Part shown: positions 9,103 to 19,525 of the stretch, one piece after another | How the letters are laid out: every line of letters begins with the position of its first letter | How positions within the stretch are numbered: the first letter of the stretch is position 1 | Source of the DNA: an uncultured Chloroflexia bacterium | Lineage (GTDB): Bacteria > Chloroflexota > UBA6077 > JACCZL01 | Direction: 5' to 3' | Assembly (NCBI GenBank): GCA_963765765.1 | Contig: CAVXYC010000002.1 | Coordinates: forward strand, 64,001-128,000 | Length of the DNA stretch: 64,000 bases | Notes under the pieces: generated by a model | Told to the model about the DNA's origin: nothing | The model's database searches: none | The model's input: only the letters and a program-made list of their open reading frames with translations | Position numbers and translations under genes: made by a program

Positions 9103-10741
9103 ATGTCTGACACACCAACATCTCGGCCCATTGAGTTCGAGACCTCGCCTGACCGCTACCGTCATTGGACGCTCAGCGTTGACGGCGATGTGGCCCGGCT
9201 GACGCTTGACGTCGATCGATTTGGCGGGCTTGATCCGAGCATTGAGCTCAAAGGCAACTCGTACGATCTGAGCGTCGATATTGAGCTTGCCGACGCCGTC
9301 CAGCGACTGCGTTTCGAGCATCCGGAAGTCTGCGCGGTGGTGATTGGATCCGCGGACGAGCGCATTTTCTGTTCGGGAGCCAACATTCATGCGTTGGCAC
9401 GAGCCTCCCATGCACACAAGGTGAACTTCTGCAAGTTCACCAACGAAACGCGCTTGTTTATTGAGGAGGCCAGCGCGGAAGCTGGCCAACACTACATCGC
9501 CGCTTGCAATGGTGCTACGGCTGGCGGCGGCTACGAGCTGGCGCTGGCGTGCGACGAGATCGTCTTGAAGGATGATGGCTTCTCTGCCGTGAGTCTGCCC
9601 GAGGTTCCGCTTCTGGGCGTGCTGCCCGGTACCGGCGGGTTAACTCGCCTCGTGGACAAGAGACGCGTGCGCCCTGACTTGATCGATCGATTCGCAACCC
9701 TGGCTGAAGGCATTCGCGGCAAGCGGGCGCTGGAGTGGCGCCTGGTGGATCATCTCGCGTCACGCAGCCAATTTGACCAGGTTATCGACGAACGGATCGA
9801 GGCGGCGCGGGCGCGGGAGCGCGATACGCTTCCTCGGCGGGGCATCGTGCTCGATCCTCTAGATCCCGATGTTACCGAGCAAACCGTGACCTACCGGTAT
9901 GTGGATCTCCTGCTCGATCCCGGCGGTCGAAGCGCAAGTCTTACCGTTTCAGGTCCCGGCCCGTCAGAGTCTGAATTATTCGGTACTGTTGATTGGTGGC
10001 CTTTGCGCATGGCCCGCGAGCTCGACGACGCCCTGCTCCGTCTGCGCTTCAACGCACCTGAGATCGGGCTGATCGTCCTACGGACCCGTGGAAATCAAGA
10101 GTCCGCGGCGGCGATCGGCAATCAGCTCGCCGCGGGCGACGCCGATTGGTTCACGCGGGAAACGCGACTCCACCTGGGTCGAGTCCTCCGTCGCCTCGAC
10201 TTAACTGCCCGCAGCACATTTGCCGCGGTTGATGAAGGCTCGTGTTTTGCAGGGCCCTTGTTTGAGCTGTTATTGGCGTCCGACCGCGCGTATGTACTCG
10301 ACGTACCGAGCATTGAGGCCTGGCCGCCGGCTTTCCGCAGGCAGCCTCCCGAAATGGAATGGGCTGGGGCGACTTGAAGCTCGGTATTTGGGCGAGCCTG
10401 GAGTCGCGGACGATATCCTCGAGTTGAGTCGCAAAGGACCCATCGATGCAATGCAGCTCGAGGAGCTGGGGCTGGCCACGGAGTGCTGGGATGAGCTGGA
10501 TTTCGATGATGGGCTCCGACTTGCGATCGAGGAGCGCGCCAGCCTTTCTCCAGACGCGCTGACGGGCATGGAGGCGTCCACCCGGTTCGCGGGGCCCGAG
10601 ACGATGGCTACTCGAATTTTCGGCCGACTGTCCGCCTGGCAAAACTGGGTATTTCGGGGCGCCAACGCTACCGGCGAGATGGGCGCGCTTTCCGTGTACG
10701 GCAAACCAGAGCGCCCGCGATTCGATTTCACGAGAACCTGA
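9103..10741 (+). CDS. boxC: 2,3-epoxybenzoyl-CoA dihydrolase BoxC (frameshift near 10330)
   Basis: FETSPDRYRHW, NSYDLSVDIELADAVQRLRFEHPEV, KVNFCKFTNETR. Second frame gives SLSPDALTGMEASTRFAGPETMATRIFGRLSAWQNWVF. Confidence 0.92.
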
Positions 10742-10787
10742 CAGAGGTACGACGAGCGACGGGGAGTATCCTTCACTCATCACTCCC

Positions 10788-12190
10788 ATGACTGATCTCT
10801 CAACGATTCCCAACAACGTAGATCTCGACTCGGACGCGCGACTACAACGCGCCCTGAAGCAGTGGCAGCCCAACTTCCTGCAGTGGTGGATGGACGTTGG
10901 ACCGCGCGGGTGGCAGGGGCACGATATCTACCTGCGCACCGCGGTGAGTGTGGAGCCAGGCGGTTGGGCGCACTGGGACTACGTGAAGATGCCGGAATAC
11001 CGGTGGGGCATTTTCCTCACGCCCTCATCCGGCGATCGGTGCATCAACTTCGGCGACGATGCCGGGCAGCCAGCCTGGGATGACGTGCCGGGCGAGCATC
11101 GCAACACACTCAGGCGCATCATCATTACCCAGGGAGATACTGAGCCGGCGTCCGTTGAGCAGCAAGCGCTGCTCGGCCGCACCGCGCCCTCGCTCTACGA
11201 TCTGCGAAACCTCTTCCAGGTAAACGTTGAGGAGGGGCGGCATCTCTGGGCCATGGTCTATTTGCTCCATCGCTACTTTGGCCGCGATGGACGCGAAGAA
11301 GCCGAGATGCTGCTGGAGCGTCGCTCGGGCGACGTCGACAAGCCGCGCATTCTGACCACGTTCAACGAGCCGATCGACGATTGGCTCTCCTTCTTCATGT
11401 TCACGATGTTCACCGATCGAGACGGTAAGTATCAGCTTGCTTCGCTGGCGGAGAGCGGCTTTTCGCCCCTGGCGCGCACCACCTCGTTCATGCTGACTGA
11501 AGAAGCGCACCACATGTTCGTCGGGGAGTCGGGCGTCGATCGAATTGTCCAGCGTACCGCCGAGCTTATGGAGGCGGGAACCGACCCGCGCTCCGCTGGG
11601 GCTCTGGACCTTGCGACGATTCAGCGATATCTCAATCGCTGGTACAGCCTCTCATTGGATCTCTTCGGTGGGGAGATCAGCTCGAACGCCGCCGACTATT
11701 TCGCCGCGGGTTTGAAGGGGCGGTATCGGGAAGCCGACGAGTATCCGAGCATCGAGCGCTTGATGAGGTCTATTCGATCGATGTGTTGGCCGATGGCCTG
11801 CTTACATCTCGAGACGTGCCCGCGCGCAATGCGATGAACGCGACGCTCCAGGATGCCTACATTCGCGATTCCGAGCGCGCCGTATCACGATGGAACGCCA
11901 CGCTCTCGCGGCATCATGTCAGCGAGCGGATCGAGCTACCCAGCCGGCGCTTCAATCGCCGAGTTGGACTCTATGCCGATGCGCGCTTCGATCGTCACGG
12001 AAACACTGTGAACGAGGCGGATTGGGTTCAAGGGCAGCATGAATGGCTGCCCAGTCCGGACGATGAGGCCTATGTCCGATCGCTCATGCAGCCGGTCTAT
12101 GAACCAGGCCAGGTCGCTGGCTGGATAGCGCCGCCGGCCAAAGGCATCGACGGACGGCCGTTGGACTTCAAGTACGTCGTAATCGCGTAG
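10788..12190 (+). CDS. boxB: Benzoyl-CoA 2,3-epoxidase diiron subunit BoxB (frameshift near 11760)
   Basis: IPNNVDL, QGDTEPASVEQQ, VNVEEGRHLWAMVYLL, MLTEEAHH diiron motifs. C-terminus WIAPPAKGIDGRPLDFKYV is in the next frame. Confidence 0.93.
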
Positions 12191-12212
12191 TCCTGGGACG
12201 GCGGTCCCAGGA
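12187..12212 (+). repeat. GTAG-preceded hairpin overlapping the boxB stop (REP-like or terminator)
   Basis: GTAG-TCCTGGGAC-GGCG-GTCCCAGGA, no U tract. Confidence 0.4.
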
Positions 12213-12309
12213 AGAGCGGTACAATCCTCGCAAGAGTCGTCGCGAAGCTTGTAGAACCACACCGGTAGCGCCGGTGACGCCGCTTCCATCCAGAAGGGAA
12301 ACACGTTCC

Positions 12310-13641
12310 ATGCTCTCCAAAGCTGATACCGAGACACTTTCCCGCATCGGACCGGGGACGCTCATGGGCGACCTCATGCGCCAGTACTGGCACCCCGTGC
12401 TTTATGGCTGGGAGATTCAGCCCGACGGCGAGCCCGTGCGAGTACGCGTACTGGGCGAGGATCTCATCGCATTTCGCGATAGCGAGGGCCGTCCGTCATT
12501 CGTGGCCGAGAATTGCCCGCATCGCGGCGCTTCGCTCTTCTTCGGACGCAATGAGGAGCAGGGACTGCGCTGCGTCTATCACGGCTGGAAGTTCGATACC
12601 TCCGGCGCATGCGTGGACATGCCCAATGAGCCACCGGAGTCCAACTTCAAGCACAAGGTGCGCGTCACGGCGTATCGCGCTGAGGACCACGGTGACGTCG
12701 TCTGGATCTATATGGGGCCGCGCCAGGCCAATCCGCCAGGGGTGCCCCAGCTCGAATGGGCGACAGTACCGTCGGAGCAGCGAAAGCACCTCTTCAAGGG
12801 TATCTATCACGCCAATTGGGCACAGGTATTCGAAGGTGAGGTTGATACCTCACACGTGTACTTCTTACACAGCCGCGTGCGCCCCGAAGATTCGCCGCAA
12901 TTTGGTCTCTACCATCCTGATCGGTCACCAAAGCTGGACATTCTTGAGACGGACCTGGGGCTGATGTACGGAGCGCGCCGCCAGGAAGGCGACGGCACCA
13001 TCTACTGGCGGACTACCCAGATCCTGTTCCCGGGTATGGCGCTCTTCCCAGGCCAGGCGGACGGTACAGGCAATATTCACATGTACACACCGATTGATGA
13101 CACGCACACGCTCCACTGGGGTGTGCACTGGCATCCAACCCGCGTGATCCCCGGCGAGCGTACACTGTCGCAGGAGATGTCCAAGATTCCGGACCATCAG
13201 GGCCTTGGTCCAATGCGCAAGGACATGATCGGCAAGCCATTTGCCAATTGGTGGCCGGTGGCTGGGCCGGACAACGACTTCATGCTGGACCGTGAGACGC
13301 AGAAGACCGGTAGCTTTACGGGCGTTCCGACGATCCGAATCCAGGATGGCGCCATGTTCTGGAGCATGGGGCCGATCATGGATCGCACCAAGGAGCATCT
13401 TGGTACCGCTGACGCGGCGGTCATCCGAGCGCGTCGACGATTTATCAAGATGGCCAGGGATCTCCGCGAGCATGGAACCGTCCCGGCTGGCGTGGATGCG
13501 CCAGAGCTGTGGAAGCAGCGCTCCTGCCAAACGTGGCTGGATGCTGAGACGAACTGGAAAGAGACGCTCGCCGACTGGCACGCGGCTCGATCAGACGTGC
13601 TTCCCAGCGTGCGCGGAGCTGCGCCTCCGTCCGTGTATTAG
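12310..13641 (+). CDS. Rieske non-heme iron oxygenase, phthalate 4,5-dioxygenase/LigX-like
   Basis: CPHRGASL...CVYHGWKFD Rieske motif, EGEVDTSHVYFLH mononuclear Fe motif, IQDGAM...DRTKEHLGTADAAVI. Confidence 0.92.
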   Translation: MLSKADTETLSRIGPGTLMGDLMRQYWHPVLYGWEIQPDGEPVRVRVLGEDLIAFRDSEGRPSFVAENCPHRGASLFFGRNEEQGLRCVYHGWKFDTSGACVDMPNEPPESNFKHKVRVTAYRAEDHGDVVWIYMGPRQANPPGVPQLEWATVPSEQRKHLFKGIYHANWAQVFEGEVDTSHVYFLHSRVRPEDSPQFGLYHPDRSPKLDILETDLGLMYGARRQEGDGTIYWRTTQILFPGMALFPGQADGTGNIHMYTPIDDTHTLHWGVHWHPTRVIPGERTLSQEMSKIPDHQGLGPMRKDMIGKPFANWWPVAGPDNDFMLDRETQKTGSFTGVPTIRIQDGAMFWSMGPIMDRTKEHLGTADAAVIRARRRFIKMARDLREHGTVPAGVDAPELWKQRSCQTWLDAETNWKETLADWHAARSDVLPSVRGAAPPSVY

Positions 13642-13669
13642 GCTCTCTTGGGTGAGGGATTTCTAGATA

Positions 13670-13768
13670 CCCTCACCCTAGCCCTCTCCCAACGGGAGAC
13701 GGAGTTTCTGCCGCCAACGATGCTCTCAAGCCCACTTCCCTCTCCCGCTGGGGAGGGTTAGGTGAGGG
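13670..13768. repeat. CCCTCACCC/CCCTCTCCC-type palindromic intergenic element
   Basis: CCCTCACCCTAGCCCTCTCCCAACGGGAGA...CCCTCTCCCGCTGGGAGGGTTAGGTGAGGG, related to the elements at 42593, 45984 and 48210. Confidence 0.7.
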
Positions 13769-14006
13769 CAGGTCGAATGCTGATGCGACGGGCCGAACGC
13801 TGTTTTTCGCAGGCGAGGCGGTGGGCGGCAAAGTCAATGGTGATCTGCGTGGGGGCACCGTGCTGGCGGCGCTACTAAGCGGCCAGGCCGCCGCTGACAG
13901 GGTCGAGGAAGCCTCAAAATCGTAATAGGCACGTAGTGAGCGCAAATATTCTCCGTGAGAGCCACGCCGCCGGTCTCCTGTTACACTGCCTGCCAAACAC
14001 GATGAG

Positions 14007-14432
14007 GTGAGCAGGGTGTACCAGAGACCCCTTCTTGATGTTGCCGACGCGATGGCGGCGGTGGAGGCGATGATCGCCGCCGCGCCGGGCCAGGCGGAGA
14101 ATCCAATGGCCGTTGCGGTCACGGACCAGTATGGCGATTTACTGGGCTTTGCCCGCATGGATGGCGCCACGCCGTTTGCGTGCCAGAACGCGGTCAGCAA
14201 GGCGTATACGGCGTCTCGAATGCAGATTGACGTGCGCGAGCTGTCTGATCGGCTGCGCGCCCAGGGGCGCAGCATCACCGAGCTGGCCGACCCCAAGCTC
14301 GTGGGAGCACTGGGCGGCGGTGTAGTGATCATTTCGCGTGAGCAAGTGGTGGGCGGCATCGGGGTTAGCGGCGGTGCTCCGGATCAAGATGAGGCAGTGG
14401 CGCAGGCCGGCCGCAACGCGCTGAGGTTGTGA
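14007..14432 (+). CDS. GlcG/HbpS family (heme-binding domain) protein
   Basis: VAVTDQYGDLLGFARMDGA, AVSKAYTA, VGGIGVSGG..QDEAVA. Confidence 0.9.
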   Translation: MSRVYQRPLLDVADAMAAVEAMIAAAPGQAENPMAVAVTDQYGDLLGFARMDGATPFACQNAVSKAYTASRMQIDVRELSDRLRAQGRSITELADPKLVGALGGGVVIISREQVVGGIGVSGGAPDQDEAVAQAGRNALRL

Positions 14433-14439
14433 GGTAGAC

Positions 14440-14874
14440 ATGCAACAGCGAACCTATCTCGGACTCAGCGAATCCATGGCCGCTCTCAAGGCGATGCAGC
14501 AGGCGGCGCGCGAACAGCCAGGCCGTCCCGTTGCCCTCGTCGTTGTGGATCATCACGGCGATACCATTGCTTTCTCTTGTGAGGCCGGGGCAAATCCGGC
14601 CCTGGCGCGGCAAAACGCGTTCAAGAAGGCCTATACCTCAGCCTGCATGCGAGTGCATGGGATGGACTTTGCCAAGCGCCTGGAGTCTTCCGGCATGGAA
14701 GTGATGGATTTCGGAAATCCAAACTTCACCTCAGGCGGCGGTGGCATGGTAGTGGCGCAGGCCAATGGGCTGATCCTGGGTGGCGTGGGTGTTAGCGGTC
14801 GCGCAGACCACGAAGATCAGGCCATTGCCGAAATCGGTCTTGCAGCGCTCAAAGCGGCCGCGGGAATCGAGTAG
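14440..14874 (+). CDS. GlcG/HbpS family protein
   Basis: AFKKAYTS, GGGG, LGGVGVSG..EDQAIA. Confidence 0.88.
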   Translation: MQQRTYLGLSESMAALKAMQQAAREQPGRPVALVVVDHHGDTIAFSCEAGANPALARQNAFKKAYTSACMRVHGMDFAKRLESSGMEVMDFGNPNFTSGGGGMVVAQANGLILGGVGVSGRADHEDQAIAEIGLAALKAAAGIE

Positions 14875-14884
14875 ACGGCGAGGG

Positions 14885-14957
14885 AAGTGAAGAGTGAAAA
14901 GTTAGGAGTGAGACGGGCTGAGTTGTCGATTCTTACTCTAAACTCTTCACTCTTAAC
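14885..14957. repeat. Inverted heptamer tandem repeat element
   Basis: AAGTGAA GAGTGAA AAGTTAG GAGTGAG ... TCTTACT CTAAACT CTTCACT CTTAAC. Confidence 0.7.
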
Positions 14958-15067
14958 CAGCTAAACCAGTTCGTTGACACCCTCCCGGGTCGGCCCTATG
15001 ATCCTGGAACGATTCGGCCATCGTTCGGCGGATCCAGCAGTGTCCTCTGAGGCGCAAGGAGCCCGAC

Positions 15068-16234
15068 ATGTTCCATTTCTCGAGCTATCCGGTGAATCGT
15101 TGGCGGCGAACGCTGCCAATGATTTGCGTCGCGGTCCTCGCATTGGCTTCCGCCTGCGCACCGGGTCCAAGTGCTTCTCCAGCGCCCACAAGCGCCCCCG
15201 CTAAAGACGCTCCCGCCGCAAAGGACGCGTCAGCGGCCAAACCGACCTCAGCATCAGCCGCGGCGGCGCCAACCACCGCACCGGCACCTAAGCCTGCTGC
15301 AAAGAAGACGCTCACCTATCCGGCCGTGGGTGGCGGTATTTTATGGTCGTTCGCTCCGAACCTGGTCGCCCAGGCCAAAGGGATGTTTGAGGCCGAGAAT
15401 CTGGAGGTCAACTTCGTAGCGCTCCAATCCTCTGCCGAAGGTTGCCAAAATCTCATCGCTCGCGCCGCGGAGATGGGACAGTGCTCGCTCAACGACATGA
15501 TCCAGGTGGTGGAGACGAGCGGCGCTCCACTCATCGAGTTCATGGCGTTCTTCGAACACATCGATTCAGTACGCCATCATGGCCAAAAGGGCATTAGCAC
15601 GTGGCTGACACTCAAGGGTAAGTCAGTCATGGTAGGCGGTCCGAAAGACAACACGGTCTTCTTTTTCCGCACCATGGCCCGGGCCAATGGACTCCAGGAC
15701 AACGACTACGATTTCCAGTTCGCTGGGGCAAGTGCCGCGCGATTTGCCGCGCTCAAGTCAGGCGCGATCGACGCGACGATTCTGACCGATCCGTTTGACT
15801 TTCAGGCAGAGCAGGAAGGGTTCCCCAAGCTGGACGTACTCCTCCCGAAGTACCTGAACGAGAACACCTACTCCGGTGGTGGACCGGCGGTCAGGCGTGA
15901 CTGGGCCAACGATCATCCCGAGGAGATCATTAGCTTCATTCGCGCGGTCAACAAGGCCACCGCATGGATCTACGATCCGGCCAACAAGCAGGAGCTCTTC
16001 GCGATCATGGGGCCTAAGCTCAACGCGACCCCGGAGAATCTGGAGCGCTCGTATCAGCGCGACGTCGTTGATTTCAAGGCCTGGTCCGTGGACGGTCGCA
16101 TCAAGGAATCCGCGGTCCAGGGAGTTCTGAATTCGATTCTGGAGCTAGGGAATCTCAGTGCGCCGCTTCCCCCACCAACCAAGTTCTACGACATGACCTG
16201 GGTGGAGCGAGCTCACCAGACCGCCGGCCGCTGA
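15068..16234 (+). CDS. ABC transporter substrate-binding lipoprotein (SsuA/TauA/NMT1-like)
   Basis: LASAC lipobox, Pro/Ala linker, AKGMFEAENLEV, ARFAALKSGAIDA. Apparent compensating frameshift near 15550-15610. Confidence 0.88.
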   Translation: MFHFSSYPVNRWRRTLPMICVAVLALASACAPGPSASPAPTSAPAKDAPAAKDASAAKPTSASAAAAPTTAPAPKPAAKKTLTYPAVGGGILWSFAPNLVAQAKGMFEAENLEVNFVALQSSAEGCQNLIARAAEMGQCSLNDMIQVVETSGAPLIEFMAFFEHIDSVRHHGQKGISTWLTLKGKSVMVGGPKDNTVFFFRTMARANGLQDNDYDFQFAGASAARFAALKSGAIDATILTDPFDFQAEQEGFPKLDVLLPKYLNENTYSGGGPAVRRDWANDHPEEIISFIRAVNKATAWIYDPANKQELFAIMGPKLNATPENLERSYQRDVVDFKAWSVDGRIKESAVQGVLNSILELGNLSAPLPPPTKFYDMTWVERAHQTAGR

Positions 16235-16345
16235 TCCGCGGTTGTGGCGACTCTCAGCCGACTGCAGCCATCGATTCCGACTGAAACAAAAGGAAGGTGC
16301 AACTGGCATGACCTTTTACGAATCGCGTAAGCGGGAGCGCTATCA

Positions 16346-17182
16346 ATGAGCTCCACCGGTGCACCTGCCGACTTCGGTCGCCGCAGCGGTTCGACACCCG
16401 GCACGACGAGCCGCTGGGAGGAGTTCGGGATCCGCTATGGCGGCGCGCTGTCGGGCATCATTTCTCTGACAATCGGCTTCGCGATCTGGGAGTTTGTGGC
16501 CCAGTTCATCGTGCGCGACAAGCTATTCCTGGTAGCGCCGAGCGCTATCGTCGTCCGCTTTGGGGAGCTCTGGAGGACGGGCGACATTCAGAACCACATG
16601 CTCGTGAGCGGCCTGGAGTTCGTTCTCGGCTTTCTGGCCGCGGCTGTCGTTGGCATAGCGTTTGGTCTGCTCATGGGCACCAGCGCACGCTCGCGCGCCG
16701 CGCTCTCGCCCTGGGTATCGGCGATCTACGCCACACCGCTTGTGGCGCTCTCGCCACTGCTCATACTCTGGTTCGGCCTGGGGCTCATGTCGAAGGTCGT
16801 CGTGGTGTTCGCCGTGGCGGTATTCCCAATCCTGGTCAACACCCAGACCGGTATCGAGAGTGTGGATGAGAAGCTGCTCGAGACGGCCCGGGCCTTTGGC
16901 GCCAAGCAACGGCAGCTCTTCACCAAAGTGCTGCTGCCGGGCGCGGTGCCGTTTATCGTGGCTGGACTGCGTCTTGGCATTGGCCGCGGTCTGGTGGGCG
17001 TGGTCGTGGGGGAGCTGTTTGGCGCACGCGCGGGCGTGGGTTATTTGATCACTGTGTCAAGTCAGATCTTTGATATGGGCGCGCTCTTCGCGGCCGCGCT
17101 CATTCTTGCCATCGCCGGTGTGATAAGTACTGAGGCCATCCGATACATTGAGCGCAAAGTTGCGCCGTGGCGCTGGGCGTAG
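16346..17182 (+). CDS. ABC transporter permease (SsuC/TauC-like)
   Basis: TPLVALSPLLILWFGLG, LLETARAFGA EAA loop, VVVGELFGARAGVG. Confidence 0.92.
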   Translation: MSSTGAPADFGRRSGSTPGTTSRWEEFGIRYGGALSGIISLTIGFAIWEFVAQFIVRDKLFLVAPSAIVVRFGELWRTGDIQNHMLVSGLEFVLGFLAAAVVGIAFGLLMGTSARSRAALSPWVSAIYATPLVALSPLLILWFGLGLMSKVVVVFAVAVFPILVNTQTGIESVDEKLLETARAFGAKQRQLFTKVLLPGAVPFIVAGLRLGIGRGLVGVVVGELFGARAGVGYLITVSSQIFDMGALFAAALILAIAGVISTEAIRYIERKVAPWRWA

Positions 17183-18046
17183 GTGAGGCAAGACATGTCA
17201 CCAGCGACATCTAAGGTTGAAGCGCGCGGACTTCAGAAGAGCTTCCGAAATCGACAGACGCGCGAAGCCATCGAGGTGCTGCGCGATATCGATGTCTCGG
17301 TGTTGCCCGGCGAGTTCCTAACGATCGTCGGCCCAAGCGGCTGCGGCAAGACCACCCTGCTGCGTATTTTCGCCGGGCTCATTCCGGCGAGCGGCGGTGA
17401 CGTCCTGTATGACGGACAGGCGATCAATGGTCCGACCATGCAGATGGGCTTCGTGTTTCAATCCGACAATCTCATGCCATGGCGCACGGTCGCGGCAAAC
17501 GTTGGCCTGGGACCGGAGCTGCGGGGTGAGGACAAGCGCAGCTTCGGCCCTCGCGTTGAGTCGTTGCTGGAGCTCGTTGGGCTGGCCGGCTTCGGCGAGT
17601 ACTACCCGCACCAGCTTTCCGGCGGGATGCGCCAGCGTGTGAATCTGGCGCGCGCCCTGGCCATCGAGCCGGACGTGCTGTTGATGGACGAGCCGTTCGC
17701 AGCGCTGGACGCGCAGACGCGCGAGATCATGCAAGATGAGCTTCTGCGCATCTGGCGCGCCACGCACAACACCGTCATCTTCATCACCCATCAAATTGAT
17801 GAGGCCGTATTTCTGGCCGATCGCCTGATGATCATGAGTGCCCGGCCAGGTCGGGTTCAGGAGCTGATTCCGATCGAGATCGAACGGCCGCGTAGCCTGG
17901 AAGTCAAGCGTGATCCGCGCTTTGTCCAGGTGGCGGATCACGTTTGGCATAGCATCGAGCGCCAGGTGCGAGCCGCGATCAAAGAAGAGCAGGAAACGCT
18001 GGTTGGCGCACGAGGGCGGCCCATGGAAGAAGTGGGACGCGAATAG
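17183..18046 (+). CDS. ABC transporter ATP-binding protein (SsuB/TauB-like)
   Basis: GPSGCGKT, LSGGMRQR, LLMDEPFAALD, ITHQIDEA. Confidence 0.95.
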   Translation: MRQDMSPATSKVEARGLQKSFRNRQTREAIEVLRDIDVSVLPGEFLTIVGPSGCGKTTLLRIFAGLIPASGGDVLYDGQAINGPTMQMGFVFQSDNLMPWRTVAANVGLGPELRGEDKRSFGPRVESLLELVGLAGFGEYYPHQLSGGMRQRVNLARALAIEPDVLLMDEPFAALDAQTREIMQDELLRIWRATHNTVIFITHQIDEAVFLADRLMIMSARPGRVQELIPIEIERPRSLEVKRDPRFVQVADHVWHSIERQVRAAIKEEQETLVGARGRPMEEVGRE

Positions 18047-18078
18047 AGTTTGCGGCGATAGGCCAAGGAGGTCGGAAC

Positions 18079-19127
18079 ATGACAACGACTCGTCGATCTC
18101 GAGCGCTCTTTGGAGCGCTGGCTGTGTGTCTCATTGCCGTAATGGCCTGTGCGCCCGCCACTTCCCGGCCATCAGCGCCGGCCGACCAATCGATCGAGCC
18201 CAAGACGATTCGCATGGCGACTGTAGGCATCGGCTGGTCCACAGCCCCCGAGATGGTGGCCCAGGAGAAAGGCTTCTATGCGGACGAGAAGCTGACTGTG
18301 GAAGCTAATGTGGCAGGCGCGTCGGCGGCCACGTGCCAGCAGATCCTTGCCAAGGCGGCCGATATCGGCCAGTGCTCGCTGAATGACATGGTCCAGGCAG
18401 TAGAGGCGGCGGAGCGCCCCTTATCCAGTTCTTCGGCTTTTACAATTCGCCACTTAACTACAGCATCATGGCCAAGCCTAACATCAGCACCTGGGCTGAT
18501 CTGAAGGGTAAGTCCATCATGGTGGGTGGGCCAAAGGACAACACCGTCTACTTCTTCCGCGCCATGGCGCGTCCCAACGGGCTCCAGGATAATGACTATG
18601 ACTTCCAGTTCGCCGGCGCCAGTAGCGCTCGGTTCGCCGCGCTCAAATCCGGGGCGGTTGACGCCTCGATCCTGACCGACCCGTTCGACCTTCAGGCCGA
18701 GCTCGAGGGTTACAAGAAGGTTGACGGGCTGGTGCCTAAATACGTCAACGCCGGAAACTATGGGTACATCATCCACGTGGCCCAGCCAGACTGGGCGAAG
18801 ACCCACCAGGATGAGCTCACTCGCTACATGCGAGGCCTGCTCAAGGCTGTGGATTGGATCTACGACCCGGCCAACAAGCAGGAGATGTTTAACATCGTTG
18901 GGCCCAAAGTAAATATGAACCAGGAAACATTCGACCGGCTCTACAAGCGCGATGCTCAGGATGATCGTTACTGGTCCACGAATGGAAAGATGACCGACGC
19001 GGGCGTGCAGGGAGTGCTGAACTCGCTCATCGAGCTAGACAGCCTCAAGTCGCCCGCGCCACCGCCCAGCAAGTACTACGACTCGACGTACATCAACGCT
19101 GCGCTCGCCAGCATGGGGCGGCAGTAG
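18079..19127 (+). CDS. Second SsuA/TauA-like substrate-binding lipoprotein (frameshift near 18410)
   Basis: VMAC lipobox. Shares GQCSLNDM and MVGGPKDNTV.FFR.MAR.NGLQDNDYDFQFAGAS.ARFAALKSGA with the 15068 gene. Confidence 0.88.
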
Positions 19128-19525
19128 CCAGAACTCTGAGATAAGGTCGGAATCTCGGCTATCAGATCCCTTGTTATTGGAGGAACGAAGAATTTCAGAC
19201 GGACATCGACCAGTGCCGGGTGGAAATCATGGTCAGTCGTTCCCGACTAGATTACTGATGTCCCTCAGATTCTTCGTTGTTCTGAATGACCAGGAAAACT
19301 GATCAACGCTAGTTGCGGCTTGCTAGCATTCCGCCTGGTGGCATGTTCTGCTCCGAGGAAGCTGATTATTGCCTCGTTCGCCGCGGGTGCTGCATTCATG
19401 ACCGCCGTAGTCTGCTCCAGCCAATTCGGCGGCCCTCTGCCCGCGATCGGAAGTTGCAACGCTGGAGTCGCTACCGCCTCAAGTGACGCCAGCCTCGCCG
19501 TCGCCGATACCCGCCGCCAGCCAGG

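Noticed and set aside
19128-19525. Coding or mobile remnant in the 400-bp gap between convergent genes
   Set aside because: Short ORFs have no motifs; only a weak partial GTAG...CTAC inverted repeat.
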